A DNA stretch of 64,000 nucleotides from Betaproteobacteria bacterium (GTDB lineage Bacteria; Pseudomonadota; Gammaproteobacteria; Burkholderiales; Ga0077523), in the NCBI GenBank assembly GCA_025350245.1, contig JANXYG010000050.1, forward strand, positions 321 to 64,320, in the 5' to 3' direction. How positions within the stretch are numbered: the stretch's first letter is position 1; each line of letters begins with the position of its first letter. A program made the translations under genes and the position numbers. Of this stretch, positions 54,527-64,000 are shown piece after piece. Below the pieces are notes generated by a model. That model was not told the DNA's origin and ran no database searches. It saw only the letters and a list, made by a program, of their open reading frames with translations.

Positions 54527-55246
54527 ATGGGTGCCGCCGAACATCTGCCGTGGACTCGTGAGGAGTTCGAAGCTCGGATCCGCGCCAAGGGCGACCGCTA
54601 CCATATTCACCACCCGTATCAGGTGGCGATGAATGCGGGGCGGCTGACGCGCGCACAGATCCAGGGCTGGGTGTGCAACCGCTTCTACTACCAGACCGCG
54701 ATTCCGATCAAGGACGCCGCGGTGATGTCGAACATGCCGGACCGCGAGCATCGCCGCCTGTGGATCCAGCGCATCCTCGATCATGACGGCACCGCCGGTG
54801 ACGAAGGCGGAATCGAGGCGTGGCTAACGCTTGCGGATGCAGTCGGACTCGAGCGCGTGGAGGTCACCTCGTTGCGGCACGTCCTGCCCGGCGTGCGCTT
54901 TGCCGTCGACGCGTACATCAACTTCGCCCGCACCCGCCCCTGGCAGGAAGCGGTCTGCTCGTCGCTGACCGAACTGTTCGCCCCCGAGATCCACAAAGAG
55001 CGCCTCGCCAACTGGCCGCAGCACTATCCGTGGATCGACCAGGCGGGCTACGCCTACTTCCGTAAACGCCTGTCGGAAGCGCGCCGCGACGTGGACCATG
55101 GCTTGCGCGTCACGCTCGAACATTTCCGCAGCCGCGAGCAGCAGGAACGCGCGTGCGACATCGTCCAGTTCAAGCTCGACGTACTATGGACCATGTGCGA
55201 CGCGATGATGGTCAACTACGGCATCGGCGACGCCAGGATCGGATGA
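54527..55246 (+). CDS. pqqC: Pyrroloquinoline-quinone synthase
   Basis: 239-aa ORF containing [32 protein letters not shown]. Canonical PqqC. Confidence 0.95.
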   Translation: MGAAEHLPWTREEFEARIRAKGDRYHIHHPYQVAMNAGRLTRAQIQGWVCNRFYYQTAIPIKDAAVMSNMPDREHRRLWIQRILDHDGTAGDEGGIEAWLTLADAVGLERVEVTSLRHVLPGVRFAVDAYINFARTRPWQEAVCSSLTELFAPEIHKERLANWPQHYPWIDQAGYAYFRKRLSEARRDVDHGLRVTLEHFRSREQQERACDIVQFKLDVLWTMCDAMMVNYGIGDARIG

Positions 55247-55250
55247 CCGT

Positions 55251-55547
55251 ATGGCTACCCCGACCCGTGTGGCCTTCGATCACGATGCGCCCATCGAACT
55301 CGCCAAATACTTCCGCTTTCAGTGGGAGCCGGTGCAGGACTGCCATGTGCTTCTTTACCCGGAAGGCATGGTGAAGCTGCCGGGCAGCGCCGGCGAGATC
55401 ATGAAGCGGGTCGACGGCAGTTGCAGCCTGAACGGGCTGGTCGCGGCACTGGCCACACAATTTCCCGGCGTCGACCTGCGCGCCGACGTGATCGACTTTC
55501 TCGAGGTGGCACATGGAAACGGCTGGATCCACGAAACAACCCGGTAA
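55251..55547 (+). CDS. pqqD: PQQ biosynthesis peptide chaperone PqqD
   Basis: 98-aa ORF between pqqC and pqqE, with the typical [23 protein letters not shown]. Confidence 0.9.
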   Translation: MATPTRVAFDHDAPIELAKYFRFQWEPVQDCHVLLYPEGMVKLPGSAGEIMKRVDGSCSLNGLVAALATQFPGVDLRADVIDFLEVAHGNGWIHETTR

Positions 55548-56682
55548 CCCCCTCTGGCTGCTGGCGGAGATCACGTACAAGTGTCCGTTGCACTGCGTGT
55601 TCTGCTACAACCCGATCGATTACACGCAATACGGTCCTGAGCTGAACACCGACGAATGGCTGAAGGTGCTGCGCGAAGGGCGCGAACTCGGCGCCACCCA
55701 GCTCGGCTTCTCGGGTGGTGAGCCCCTGGTTCGCGACGATCTCGAGATCCTCATCGCAGAGGCGCGCAAGCTCGGCTACTACACCAACCTGATCACCTCG
55801 GGCGTCGGTCTCACCGAAAAGCGCATCGCCGCCTTCAAGGAAGGCGGACTGGACCACATCCAGCTTTCGTTCCAGGACTCGACGCGCGAAATGAACGACT
55901 GGCTGTCGAGCACCAAGACTTTCGAGTTGAAGAAGCGCACGGCCGAGTTGATCCAGAAATACGACTACCCCATGGTGCTCAATGTGGTCTTGCACCGGCA
56001 CAACATCGACCACACCCAGCAGATCCTCGAACTGGCCGAAACCCTTGGGGCTGAGTACGTCGAACTCGCGAACACGCAGTACTACGCCTGGGCCTTCGAG
56101 AATCGCGACCAGTTGTTGCCGAGCCGCGACCAGATCCTGCGCGCCGAAGACGCCACCAACCGGTTTCGCGAGAAGGTCGGCAACGCCATGAAGATCTACT
56201 TCGTGGTACCCGACTACCACGCGACCCGTCCAAAGGCCTGCATGAATGGGTGGGGTTCTCTGTTCGTGACAGTCACCGCCGACGGCATGGTACTGCCGTG
56301 TCACGAGGCCCGAATGCTGCCGGGCATCACGTTTCCCAACGTGCGCGAGCATGACCTGCGCTGGATCTGGTACGACTCGCCCGCGTTCAACGTCTATCGT
56401 GGCGACGCGTGGATGAAAGATCTCTGCCGTACCTGTCCGGAAAAGGAAAAGGATTTCGGCGGCTGTCGCTGCCAGGCTTTCCTGCTGACCGGCGACGCGA
56501 CCAATGCGGATCCGGTCTGCGACCTGTCACCGCACCATCATCTGGTCGTCGAAGCAGTCGAAAAAGCGGATCGCCCCATGCTGCCCCAGAACGTGAATGT
56601 GAAGCCGATCCTGTTTCGAGACGACCGCACGTCGCGCACCCTCACCGCCGCCAAGGACAAAACGGCTGTACCGGTGAGCTGA
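55513..56682 (+). CDS. pqqE: PQQ biosynthesis radical SAM enzyme PqqE
   Basis: [20 protein letters not shown] (CX3CX2C) plus a C-terminal SPASM-like Cys cluster. Overlaps pqqD by 35 nt. Confidence 0.95.
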   Translation: METAGSTKQPGNPLWLLAEITYKCPLHCVFCYNPIDYTQYGPELNTDEWLKVLREGRELGATQLGFSGGEPLVRDDLEILIAEARKLGYYTNLITSGVGLTEKRIAAFKEGGLDHIQLSFQDSTREMNDWLSSTKTFELKKRTAELIQKYDYPMVLNVVLHRHNIDHTQQILELAETLGAEYVELANTQYYAWAFENRDQLLPSRDQILRAEDATNRFREKVGNAMKIYFVVPDYHATRPKACMNGWGSLFVTVTADGMVLPCHEARMLPGITFPNVREHDLRWIWYDSPAFNVYRGDAWMKDLCRTCPEKEKDFGGCRCQAFLLTGDATNADPVCDLSPHHHLVVEAVEKADRPMLPQNVNVKPILFRDDRTSRTLTAAKDKTAVPVS

Positions 56683-56790
56683 ACCGGGGGCGGCGATGGC
56701 GGCACCCGATCCAGCAGCCGCCGCAGCTTCAGCAGCGAAGTGCTCCGTCCGCAGGGTTTGTCTGTGACCGGCCTCACTCCCGAAGACGCT

Positions 56791-56834
56791 GCGCCCCCTC
56801 AGCGGAAGGTGGAGCGCAGCGCAGCCTGGGGGCG
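56791..56834 (+). repeat. REP-like dispersed repeat copy
   Basis: GCGCCCCCTCAGCGGAAGGTGGAGCGCAGCGCAGCCTGGGGGCG lies between convergent pqqE and slyD. Confidence 0.7.
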
Positions 56835-56843
56835 ACGTCACCT

Positions 56844-57329
56844 TTAGTGATGATGACCGCCCTCGCCGTGCACGTGGCCGTGCCGCAACTCCTCGGCCGT
56901 CGCGGCACGCACGCCGGTGATGGTGCAAACAAAGCGCACCGACTTGCCCGCCAGGGGATGGTTGCCGTCGACCACGATGGTTTCATCCGAGATATCGGTC
57001 ACGGTATAGACGACGGCGTGGTCGGTGCCTTCGGCTGCGCCCTCGAACGGCATGCCGACGGCGACATTCTTGGGAAACAGGTTGCGCGGCTCGACCCGGA
57101 CGAGATCTTCGTCATATTCGCCGAACGCGTCATCGGCCGACAGTTCGACGGTCAGCTTGTCGCCCGAAGCCCTGCCTTGCAAAGCCTCTTCGACGCGTGG
57201 AAAAATGCCGTCGTAGCCACCATGCAGATAGCTGATCGACTGGTCGGTCTTTTCGATCAGGCCACCGTCGGCATCGAGCATTTCGTAGTCGATCGATACG
57301 ATCGTGTTCTTGAGCACCTGCTGGGTCAC
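56844..57329 (-). CDS. slyD: FKBP-type peptidyl-prolyl isomerase SlyD with His-rich tail
   Basis: The GTG start overlaps the bcp stop as GTGA. Has a typical SlyD body (VSIDYEMLDADGGLIEK...VVDGNHPLAGKSVRF) and the tail HGHVHGEGGHHH. Confidence 0.85.
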   Translation of the reverse strand: MTQQVLKNTIVSIDYEMLDADGGLIEKTDQSISYLHGGYDGIFPRVEEALQGRASGDKLTVELSADDAFGEYDEDLVRVEPRNLFPKNVAVGMPFEGAAEGTDHAVVYTVTDISDETIVVDGNHPLAGKSVRFVCTITGVRAATAEELRHGHVHGEGGHHH

Positions 57330-57793
57330 GCGAGTTCCTTGAGGTAGGTGAGAATTTCCGCGGCGTGGCCACGCGCGTTGACGCCGTACAGCAGGCGCAC
57401 GAGCTTTCCGTCGCGGTCGATGACAAAGGTGGAACGTTGGATGCAGTGCCGCGTCCTGCCTTCGAATTCCTTGTCGTGGAGCACGCCGTACAGAGCGCAG
57501 ACCTCGCCCTCGGTGTCGGAAAGAAGCTGGATGCTCAGGCCGTGCTTGTCGCGAAACGCGCCATGCGCCAGACAATCGTCCATGCTCACCCCGATCACGA
57601 GCGCGCCGAGTTCGAGGAAGCGGTCGTCGATCTCACTGAAGTCGATGGCCTCGATGGTGCAACTCGGAGTGTCGTCGCGCGGATAGAAATAGAGCACCAC
57701 GATATGCCGCCCCCGGAACGACGCGAGACTGACCATCTCCATCTCGGCGTCCGGCAGATCGAATTCGGGCGCGGGGTCTCCGACGTTCAGCAT
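57326..57793 (-). CDS. bcp: Peroxiredoxin, Bcp type
   Basis: Start at ATG 57793. GDPAPEFDLPD and FYPRDDTPSCTIEA (peroxidatic Cys). Confidence 0.88.
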   Translation of the reverse strand: MLNVGDPAPEFDLPDAEMEMVSLASFRGRHIVVLYFYPRDDTPSCTIEAIDFSEIDDRFLELGALVIGVSMDDCLAHGAFRDKHGLSIQLLSDTEGEVCALYGVLHDKEFEGRTRHCIQRSTFVIDRDGKLVRLLYGVNARGHAAEILTYLKELA

Positions 57794-57899
57794 CCAGCTC
57801 TCCGCAGCGCAATCCCGTTTCGAGTGTAACCGAATTCCCTTGCCGCAAATCCATCGGCGTCCGCTGTCCCACGACCGGTCACGGCAATATAATCCGACC

Positions 57900-59027
57900 A
57901 TGCGCAACCCCCTGCTCGGCGGACTCGCGACCCGCACATTCCTGTCGCGTCATTGGCAGAAACAGGCATTGCTGGTGCGACAAGCCATCCCGCACTTCGG
58001 TGGTGTCCTCGACTTCCGCGAGCTGATGGGTCTCGCCTGCTCCGATACGGTCGAATCACGCCTGGTGGTTCGCGACGCGCGACGCTGGACACTCAGGCAC
58101 GGCCCCTTCGACCGCGCCGACTTCCGGCGTCTGCCGGCCCGCAACTGGACGCTGCTGGTACAGGGTGTCAATCTGCACGACGATCGGGCGGCCGCGCTGC
58201 TGGCGCGCTTCGCGTTTCTTCCGCATGCCCGGCTCGATGACCTGATGGTGAGCTACGCGGTGCCGGGCGGCGGTGTCGGCCCGCATTTCGATGCCTACGA
58301 CGTGTTCCTGCTGCAGGGGGAAGGCAAGCGCCGCTGGCGGATCGGCCGCCAGAACGACCTCGCCCTGGTGCCCGGAGCACCACTGAAGATCCTGCGGCGA
58401 TTCCAACCCGAAGGCGAAGCGATTCTGCTGGGCGGCGACATGCTTTACCTGCCACCGAGATTCGCTCATCACGGGGTGGCGATCACCGAGTGCACCACGT
58501 GGTCGATCGGCTATCGCGCGCCGACCCACCAGGAGCTGGCATCCCGGTTTCTGTCCGATCTCGCCGAGCGGCTGGTGGTGCCGGGCCAGTATGCGGATCC
58601 GGACCTCGCCGCCACCGTTCACCCTGGCCGGATCGGCGGGGCACTGGTCGCCACGACCGAACGGCTGCTGGCGGGTATCCGCTGGCGGCGCCGCGACGTC
58701 ACCGACTTTCTCGGACGCCATCTGACGGAACCGAAACCACAGGTCTTTTTCGACCCGCCGCCAACGCGACACGGCTCGAACGGTATCGTCGCGCGCATCC
58801 GCCGACAGGGCGCCAAGCTGGATCGACGCAGTCTCATGCTCTACGCCGACCACGCCGTCTACCTGAACGGAGAGGAGTACCGTTTTCCGCGCGGCGTGCC
58901 GGCGCCACTGCGCGAACTCGCGGATCGACGCTGTCTTGCGCCCCAGGCCGTGCCTGCACCGATCGCGACGATGCTTTACGATTGGTGGGTGGCCGGGTTC
59001 ATCCGGTTGCCAGCCGCCGGGAGTTGA
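57900..59027 (+). CDS. JmjC/cupin_4 family oxygenase (ribosomal protein hydroxylase RoxA/YcfD-like)
   Basis: Start at ATG 57900. Contains FLSRHWQKQALLVR and GVGPHFDAYDVFLLQGEGKRRWRIG (HxD metal motif). Confidence 0.78.
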   Translation: MRNPLLGGLATRTFLSRHWQKQALLVRQAIPHFGGVLDFRELMGLACSDTVESRLVVRDARRWTLRHGPFDRADFRRLPARNWTLLVQGVNLHDDRAAALLARFAFLPHARLDDLMVSYAVPGGGVGPHFDAYDVFLLQGEGKRRWRIGRQNDLALVPGAPLKILRRFQPEGEAILLGGDMLYLPPRFAHHGVAITECTTWSIGYRAPTHQELASRFLSDLAERLVVPGQYADPDLAATVHPGRIGGALVATTERLLAGIRWRRRDVTDFLGRHLTEPKPQVFFDPPPTRHGSNGIVARIRRQGAKLDRRSLMLYADHAVYLNGEEYRFPRGVPAPLRELADRRCLAPQAVPAPIATMLYDWWVAGFIRLPAAGS

Positions 59028-59030
59028 ACC

Positions 59031-59693
59031 ATGGCCGAAATGAAACGTCCACCCCCAGGCTTCGCCTTCCCCCAGGGGGCCAGTGCCCCTGGCGAGGTGA
59101 GGCCGGACACAGACAGTCCCTGCCGACTGTCTGTGCCTGCCAAACGCCAGCGGACTCTGGCCGCTGGCGGCCCGGCGGGCACTGAGATCGACATCACCCC
59201 GCCTGAGCCGGATCCGCAGCCGAACCTGCGACGGCTGGCGTCGCGTACCGAAATCGAACACGCGATCGACGAAGTCCTGTCACGGGCTCACCGCCGGCTG
59301 GTGGTGTTTTCCAGTCAGCTCGGCGCCGAATGGAACCGGGAATCGCGCGTCGACGCGGTGCGCCGGTTCTGTCTCGACAGCCGCCGTAACCAGATGCACA
59401 TCGTGTTGCACGACGCCGGTACCGCCTACCGATCCTGCCCTCGGCTCCTGTCGCTTCTGCGCCAGTTCAGCCATGTGATCTCGGTGCAGGAAACGCTGCA
59501 TCACGCCAAGAACGTCTACGATCCGTTCGTGCTCGCCGATGATCGTCACTATCTGCACCGCTTTCATCACGATGGTGCCGAAGGATTGCTGGCGCTCGAC
59601 GATCCGGTCGGCGCGACCGTCCTGCGCGACCGCTTCGAGGAGTTGTGGGAGGCATCGGCGCCGGCCATTCCCGCGACCACGATCGGCCTATAG
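59031..59693 (+). CDS. Conserved-looking hypothetical protein, start uncertain
   Basis: The C-terminal 150 or so residues have ordinary protein composition. The first 35 or so codons coincide with a REP-like copy and a hairpin. ATG 59031 has GGGAG upstream; GTG 59132 is an alternative start. Confidence 0.45.
   Translation: MAEMKRPPPGFAFPQGASAPGEVRPDTDSPCRLSVPAKRQRTLAAGGPAGTEIDITPPEPDPQPNLRRLASRTEIEHAIDEVLSRAHRRLVVFSSQLGAEWNRESRVDAVRRFCLDSRRNQMHIVLHDAGTAYRSCPRLLSLLRQFSHVISVQETLHHAKNVYDPFVLADDRHYLHRFHHDGAEGLLALDDPVGATVLRDRFEELWEASAPAIPATTIGL
59049..59079 (-). repeat. REP-like dispersed repeat copy (inverted orientation)
   Basis: CCACCCCCAGGCTTCGCCTTCCCCCAGGGGG is the reverse complement of the ...GGGGGAAGGCGAAGCCTGGGGGTGG core. 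Confidence 0.7.
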
Positions 59694-59915
59694 CAGCCTG
59701 TCGGACTGACGACGATTCGGCTGCAACGGCGGCAGAGCGCTCAATGTCTGGCCGATTTCTCCTTGCACATTTCCGATATGCGCGTCGAAATCGACGAACA
59801 TCGGCCTCGCTTTTCCACCGGTTCGCTACCGGACACCCAAGCCCGTCAGGCTGCTAAATTTCTCGATTCCAGAGTAGTTACAAATTGTAAATATTGGTTA
59901 TAATCGGGAGGTCGG

Positions 59916-59954
59916 TTGTAGCTGTCCGGGCGTGAAACGCCCGGACAGCTACAA
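59916..59954 (+). other. Perfect 17-bp stem / 5-nt loop hairpin in the leader of the small lipoprotein gene
   Basis: TTGTAGCTGTCCGGGCG-TGAAA-CGCCCGGACAGCTACAA, read directly. It begins 12 nt downstream of TATAAT (59899..59904) and ends 45 nt upstream of ATG 59999. Confidence 0.85.
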
Positions 59955-59998
59955 TCGCAGGTCTCCCCAATCAATCGAACACCCGTCAAGGAACAAAA

Positions 59999-60229
59999 AT
60001 GATCCGTTCGCTTCTCGTTGCTGCGCTCGTCGCCCTCGCCCTCGCCGCTTGCGGCAAGAAGGAAGAACCCGTGCCCACCCCGGCGCCTGCTGCAGAAGCT
60101 GCCAAGCCGGCCGAAGCCGCGCCTGCTGTCCCGGCTCCCGCCGATGCCGCCAAGCCCGCTGATGCGGCTGCGCCGGCCGCTCCTGCCGCGCCGGCTGCCG
60201 AAGAAAAGAAGCCCGCAGAAAAGAAGTAA
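59999..60229 (+). CDS. Small Ala/Pro/Lys-rich lipoprotein
   Basis: Lipobox LALAAC (MIRSLLVAALVALALAACGKK), AAGGAA upstream, and a strong terminator downstream. Low-complexity mature part. Confidence 0.6.
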   Translation: MIRSLLVAALVALALAACGKKEEPVPTPAPAAEAAKPAEAAPAVPAPADAAKPADAAAPAAPAAPAAEEKKPAEKK

Positions 60230-60256
60230 GCCTGTGGCGGCGCACGCCGCCGCGTG

Positions 60257-60288
60257 AAAAAGCCGGCTCTTGAGCCGGCTTTTTTTTG
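60257..60288 (+). terminator. Rho-independent terminator
   Basis: AAAAAGCCGGC-TCTTGA-GCCGGCTTTTTTTT. Confidence 0.8.
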
Positions 60289-60319
60289 CAGTGCCCGGCT
60301 GCCCCCCCAAGGGCCAGCT

Positions 60320-60357
60320 CCTGGGGGAAGACGAAGCACAGCGCAGTCTGGGGGTGG
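60320..60357 (+). repeat. REP-like dispersed repeat copy
   Basis: CCTGGGGGAAGACGAAGCACAGCGCAGTCTGGGGGTGG lies between convergent genes. Confidence 0.7.
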
Positions 60358-60379
60358 TTTGATTTCCGAGGCCAACCGA

Positions 60380-61144
60380 TCAGCCTATGTCCCGCCAGGC
60401 CAGCCCTTCTGCCTGGTCGGCGACACCGACCCATTCGTCAGCGCAACCCAGTACCGAGGAGAGCGCCCGGCGGGCCAATTGCACGGTGTTGTTCTGTGCC
60501 GACAAATGGGCGGCAATTACATGCTGGAGACGGGTGCGGTCGAGCGCCGCGAGTAGCCGTCCCGCCGATTCGTTATCGAGATGCCCGAGGCGCCCGGCGA
60601 TGCGTTGCTTGAGCGCGGCCGGATAGGCGCTGGCGCGAAGCAGGCCGAGATCGTGGTTGCACTCGAGCGCGAGGGCATCGCATCCCGACAGGGTGGCCTC
60701 GATGTGCGGTGTCGAACAGCCGGTATCGGTAAGCACGCCGAGCCTCCGCGCGCCGTCGCCGAACACGAACTGCGCGGGCTCACCGGCATCGTGCGGCACC
60801 GGATACGGGGTCAGGGCGATATCGCCGACGGCGAATGCCTGGTAGCCCTCGATGAATCGCACGTCGACGTGGTCGAACTTCGTACCGCCATTGCGAAAGG
60901 TGCCGCGAGTCAGCCAGACCGGTAGTTGGTGTCGCCGCGCGAATCGCGCCACGCCCCCGATGTGATCGTCGTGTTCGTGGGTGACGATGACCGCGGACAG
61001 ATCGGACGGGGCGAGATCGAGGCGGGCAAGCCGGGCGGTGGTCTCGCTCAACGTGAACCCGCAATCGAGCAGTATCCGCGTCTGACCGACCTCGACGATC
61101 AGACCGTTGCCCGCGCTGCCGCTACCGAGATAGGCGAATCGCAT
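60380..61144 (-). CDS. MBL-fold metallo-hydrolase
   Basis: 254-aa ORF with MRFAYLGSGSAGNG, LLDCG and THEHDDH motifs. Confidence 0.85.
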   Translation of the reverse strand: MRFAYLGSGSAGNGLIVEVGQTRILLDCGFTLSETTARLARLDLAPSDLSAVIVTHEHDDHIGGVARFARRHQLPVWLTRGTFRNGGTKFDHVDVRFIEGYQAFAVGDIALTPYPVPHDAGEPAQFVFGDGARRLGVLTDTGCSTPHIEATLSGCDALALECNHDLGLLRASAYPAALKQRIAGRLGHLDNESAGRLLAALDRTRLQHVIAAHLSAQNNTVQLARRALSSVLGCADEWVGVADQAEGLAWRDIG

Positions 61145-61187
61145 CCCGGATGACCGGTCCGAACTGTCTTGCCGGCCTCGCCGTGCG

Positions 61188-62321
61188 CTACTGGAGCTGT
61201 TCGGCGAGCAAAGCGAGAATGCGCTTGCCGGCGTCGCTGTTGTCGACGGCGCCCGTCTTGTCGAGCACCTTCACTTCGGTACCGGCACCGAGTGCGGCGA
61301 CGCGCACGCGAAACTGCTCCGGCCCCTTCCTGCCGGCGTCGTCGCTGCGCCAGAACGCCAGTTTCGACAGAATGCCGCTCGGCTTCGCCGCGTCGGCGTC
61401 CGGATCCTGATAGCGGACGAAATAGATACCGTCGGCACGATTGCGGTCTTCCACCATGAAGCCGACGCGGTCCAGGGCAAGGCCCACGCGACGCCATGCA
61501 CGGTCGAATCCATCGTTGAGCTTGACCGTGGTGCCGCTCGTGGACTTCACCAGGGCCGCCTGGGCCGGCGTCTTGTCGGCGTTGCGCACCAGTGCAACAG
61601 CGTCGGCCGCCGCCGCCACCCCGAACCGCAGCGCGAGCTTGCTCAGCATCAGCGCCTCGAGTTCCGGATCGGACGGACGCACCTGCCACTTGGTGTTGTT
61701 GTCGCGCTCCTTGTAATAGACCTCCGCCATGCCCTTGTGGCTGACGAACACTTCGGTCGTGCCTGATTCGGCACCACGTTCGAGCCGAGTGCGAAACCGG
61801 TCGCGCTCGGGCAACGACGTGAGCACGTCGAGTTGCTTGTTGATGAAGCCGGTGATACCGCCGATGGGCAGCTTCGCGCGGTTCTCGGCCCAGTCGGTTT
61901 CCATCAGGCCGATGCTGGCGTCCTCGGTCTTGATGAGGAATCCGTTTTCCTGCCAGAAGTCGCGGACCACAGGAAATATCTGCTCCGGCGTCGCCTTCAC
62001 CACGAGCCACCGCTGGGTTCCGCCGCGTTCCACACGCACGCGTTCGAAGGTGGGAAGGACGCCCGACGAGACCGGCGCCGACGGCTTGTTGCCACGCTGC
62101 TGGTCGTATTGCGAAAACACGGCGGCGCTGCCCGGCGTTGCCGCCGGCACCGAATACCGGTTGTTGTTGCCGGGCGTTGCGAGGTCCGGTGGAATCTCGA
62201 GCGGTGGCAGCTTGCCAGCCGACTTGTAATCGATCTTCTTGCCTTCCAGGGCCCCGCTGCATCCCGCCAGCAACGCAGCCGACACGGTGATCGCGCAGCC
62301 GATGGTGCGCACGAATTTCAT
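61188..62321 (-). CDS. bamC: Outer-membrane protein assembly factor BamC (NlpB)
   Basis: Start at ATG 62321. Lipoprotein signal MKFVRTIGCAITVSAALLAGCSG. Lies immediately downstream of dapA, which is conserved synteny. Confidence 0.82.
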   Translation of the reverse strand: MKFVRTIGCAITVSAALLAGCSGALEGKKIDYKSAGKLPPLEIPPDLATPGNNNRYSVPAATPGSAAVFSQYDQQRGNKPSAPVSSGVLPTFERVRVERGGTQRWLVVKATPEQIFPVVRDFWQENGFLIKTEDASIGLMETDWAENRAKLPIGGITGFINKQLDVLTSLPERDRFRTRLERGAESGTTEVFVSHKGMAEVYYKERDNNTKWQVRPSDPELEALMLSKLALRFGVAAAADAVALVRNADKTPAQAALVKSTSGTTVKLNDGFDRAWRRVGLALDRVGFMVEDRNRADGIYFVRYQDPDADAAKPSGILSKLAFWRSDDAGRKGPEQFRVRVAALGAGTEVKVLDKTGAVDNSDAGKRILALLAEQLQ

Positions 62322-62427
62322 TGAACCTCTCTTGCGGCATCGATGCCGCGAAAATTTCTGACGCGCGCCGATGCCCGCCAGGGCAACCCGCCCTGCCGGG
62401 ATTCGGCCTTGAAATGAACCGGTCCGC

Positions 62428-63321
62428 TCATGCAGTCTGCGCTTCGTGAACGATACTCGCGGCATGCATGGCCGCGCGCAGCGTATCGTGATGCTGATGC
62501 GCGAGCGGCGTGAGGGGCAGCCGGATGCCGGGGCCGATGAGCCCCATCTCCCGCAGAACCCATTTTGCCGGGATCGGGTTAGCCTCGACGAACAGATGCC
62601 GATGCAGGTCGGCAAGCGTGTTGTTGATCTTGCAAGCCCGCCCGGCGTCACCGGCCAGCGCCGCGTCGCATAGCTCGCGCATGCGGCGTGGCGCGACATT
62701 CGCCGTCACCGAGATGACCCCGTTCGCGCCCAGCAGCATCAGGGCGAGGCCGGTGCCATCGTCGCCGCTGTAGATCGCGAAACCCGGCGGCGCACGCTTG
62801 ATCAGATCGACGCCGCGCTCGATGTTGCCGGTCGCATCCTTGATGCCGACGATGTTGCGAACCCGCGCCAGCCGCAGCGTGGTGTCGTTGTGCAGATCGG
62901 CGACCGTGCGGCCGGGCACGTTATAGAGAATCGTGGGGAGATCGACCGACTCCGCGATGGCGCGGAAGTGCTGGTACAGACCCTCTTGCGAAGGCTTGTT
63001 GTAGTAGGGCACCACCGAGAGCGCCATCGCCGCGCCCGCGGACTTCGCGAAGCGCTGCAGGGCGATCGCCTCGCGAGTGGAATTGGCGCCGGTGCCGGCG
63101 ATCACCGGCACCCGTCCATCGACGTGGGCCACGGCGACCTTCACCAGTTCGCAATGCTCGTCGAAATCGACGGTGGGCGATTCGCCCGTGGTGCCCACGG
63201 CGACGATGCCATTGGTCCCGTTGCGGATGTGAAAATCGATCAGATGCCGCAATCCGTCGAAGTCGAGACCGCCATCGTCATGCATCGGTGTCGCGATCGC
63301 GACCAAGCTACCCGTCAGCAT
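62428..63321 (-). CDS. dapA: 4-hydroxy-tetrahydrodipicolinate synthase
   Basis: Start at ATG 63321 ([13 protein letters not shown]...), with GTTGESPT and the active-site Lys region [10 protein letters not shown]. Confidence 0.95.
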   Translation of the reverse strand: MLTGSLVAIATPMHDDGGLDFDGLRHLIDFHIRNGTNGIVAVGTTGESPTVDFDEHCELVKVAVAHVDGRVPVIAGTGANSTREAIALQRFAKSAGAAMALSVVPYYNKPSQEGLYQHFRAIAESVDLPTILYNVPGRTVADLHNDTTLRLARVRNIVGIKDATGNIERGVDLIKRAPPGFAIYSGDDGTGLALMLLGANGVISVTANVAPRRMRELCDAALAGDAGRACKINNTLADLHRHLFVEANPIPAKWVLREMGLIGPGIRLPLTPLAHQHHDTLRAAMHAASIVHEAQTA

Positions 63322-63367
63322 GAAACTGCTCCCCGGCAAAGCGCCCGATTGTACCCGATGGGTCGGT

Positions 63368-63994
63368 TCATGGCGGCTTCACGGCGCAGATGCGCTGGAT
63401 CATCGCCGGCCTGGGCAGATCGACGTCGCGCTCTTCGTAGGCGACCACCTCGAGGCGCCCGGCGATCACGGTCAGGAGTTCCCCCGGACGCAGGAGGAAG
63501 TCCGGATTGGACGGGCGGCCAAAACGCTCGTTGCCGACGGCGAAGGTCTCGTAAACCAGCCGGCCGCCCGGCGCAACAGCGCCGAGCAGATCCGGAAACA
63601 GGGGGCGATGCAGATAATTGGTGATCACCACCAGCGCAAACCGGCGCCCCGCGAACGGCCAGGCGTCCCGCTCGAGATCCGCCAGCACGAACGTGATGCC
63701 GGGCGTGCCGGCCAGGGCGGCGGCAGCCAGCGGATCACGATCGACCGCCGTGACCGTTGCGCCAGCGGCCGCCAGAAAGCGCGCGTGCCGTCCCTGACCG
63801 CACGCCACGTCGAGGACTTCGGCGCCGGCCTCGACCGTTACCTGTTCAACCACCCAGGCCGATGGCGCCATCAGCACCACGCCACCAACGTCTTCGGGCA
63901 CGAGCGTCCGAGCGCCCGACGGGAATGTCGGCCGGCACGCATCACGGGCCGCCGCGTTGACAGCGTCGGGGGTGGGTGCTACATACCATCGCAT
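63368..63994 (-). CDS. Class I SAM-dependent methyltransferase
   Basis: 208-aa ORF with the motif I segment [16 protein letters not shown]. Confidence 0.8.
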   Translation of the reverse strand: MRWYVAPTPDAVNAAARDACRPTFPSGARTLVPEDVGGVVLMAPSAWVVEQVTVEAGAEVLDVACGQGRHARFLAAAGATVTAVDRDPLAAAALAGTPGITFVLADLERDAWPFAGRRFALVVITNYLHRPLFPDLLGAVAPGGRLVYETFAVGNERFGRPSNPDFLLRPGELLTVIAGRLEVVAYEERDVDLPRPAMIQRICAVKPP

Positions 63995-64000
63995 GGTCAG

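Noticed and set aside
59688-59801. 37-codon minus-strand ORF (MFVDFDAHIGNVQGE...) and a 10-bp long-range inverted repeat TAGCAGCCTG / CAGGCTGCTA flanking it
   Set aside because: There is no ribosome-binding site and no similarity to anything I recognise. A 10-bp match 150 bp apart is within chance expectation for this composition.
61099-62699. Long minus-strand ORFs (413 aa and the 503-aa extended bamC frame)
   Set aside because: The 413-aa frame is an out-of-frame shadow of bamC. The 5' extension of the bamC frame beyond ATG 62321 overlaps dapA and has Arg/Cys/Ser-rich nonsense composition. The lipoprotein signal begins at 62321.
1-64000. tRNA, rRNA, transposase or integrase genes
   Set aside because: Intergenic regions were read by eye and no cloverleaf-like or rRNA-like sequence or IS terminal repeats were seen. 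A tRNAscan or Infernal run would be needed to be certain.

Overview
The window looks like a GC-rich proteobacterial chromosome segment. The G+C estimate of about two-thirds is by eye, not computed. A beta-proteobacterial origin is suggested by the CTGT-N8-ACAG SOS box, dapA-bamC synteny and a pqqABCDE operon, but no taxon can be proven from sequence alone. Coding density is high, and the many long Arg/Ala/Gly/Pro-rich ORFs antisense to recognisable genes are treated as GC shadow ORFs.

Content from left to right:
- folD, a molybdopterin oxidoreductase, a secreted alpha/beta-hydrolase-like protein, a fused pabB-pabC, an OprB-type porin, a beta carbonic anhydrase, an amidase and a cyclase.
- A seven-gene acyl-CoA catabolic cluster at 11.9-19.5 kb: family III CoA-transferase, CitE-like lyase, aldehyde dehydrogenase, SDR, quinone oxidoreductase, MaoC hydratase and acyl-CoA dehydrogenase.
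- An eroded 2-hydroxyacid dehydrogenase.
- A visibly more AT-rich accessory island at about 21.5-26.2 kb. It holds a ParE-type TA pair, a DUF2442 remnant, a membrane PH-domain protein, a DUF1272 zinc-ribbon protein and a PstI/BsuBI-type R-M system.
- A perfect LexA box in front of a small HhH protein plus dnaE2, with no imuA or imuB in the window.
- A nickel-related neighbourhood: NiCoT/UreH-like permease, RcnA-like exporter, and a TonB-dependent receptor divergent from nikR.
- An iron block: bfr, bfd, DUF2325, a cytochrome c-FTR1 fusion and a second TonB-dependent receptor.
- An orphan pqqA, a NarL-type two-component system coupled to a proline iminopeptidase, and an unusually long repeat-containing TonB.
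- pqqABCDE with a second pqqA, then slyD, bcp, a JmjC/cupin protein, an MBL hydrolase, bamC, dapA and a methyltransferase.

No rRNA, tRNA, CRISPR array, transposase or integrase was recognised. A dispersed REP-like element with core ...GGAAGGCGAAGCGCAGCCTGGGGGTGG occurs at least six times.

The best candidates for something undescribed are three. First, the SOS-controlled HhH-dnaE2 unit lacking imuAB. Second, the uncharacterised PH-domain/DUF1272 pair wedged between TA and R-M genes. Third, the nickel neighbourhood with putative NikR-type operators. None of these can be proven without database searches or experiments.
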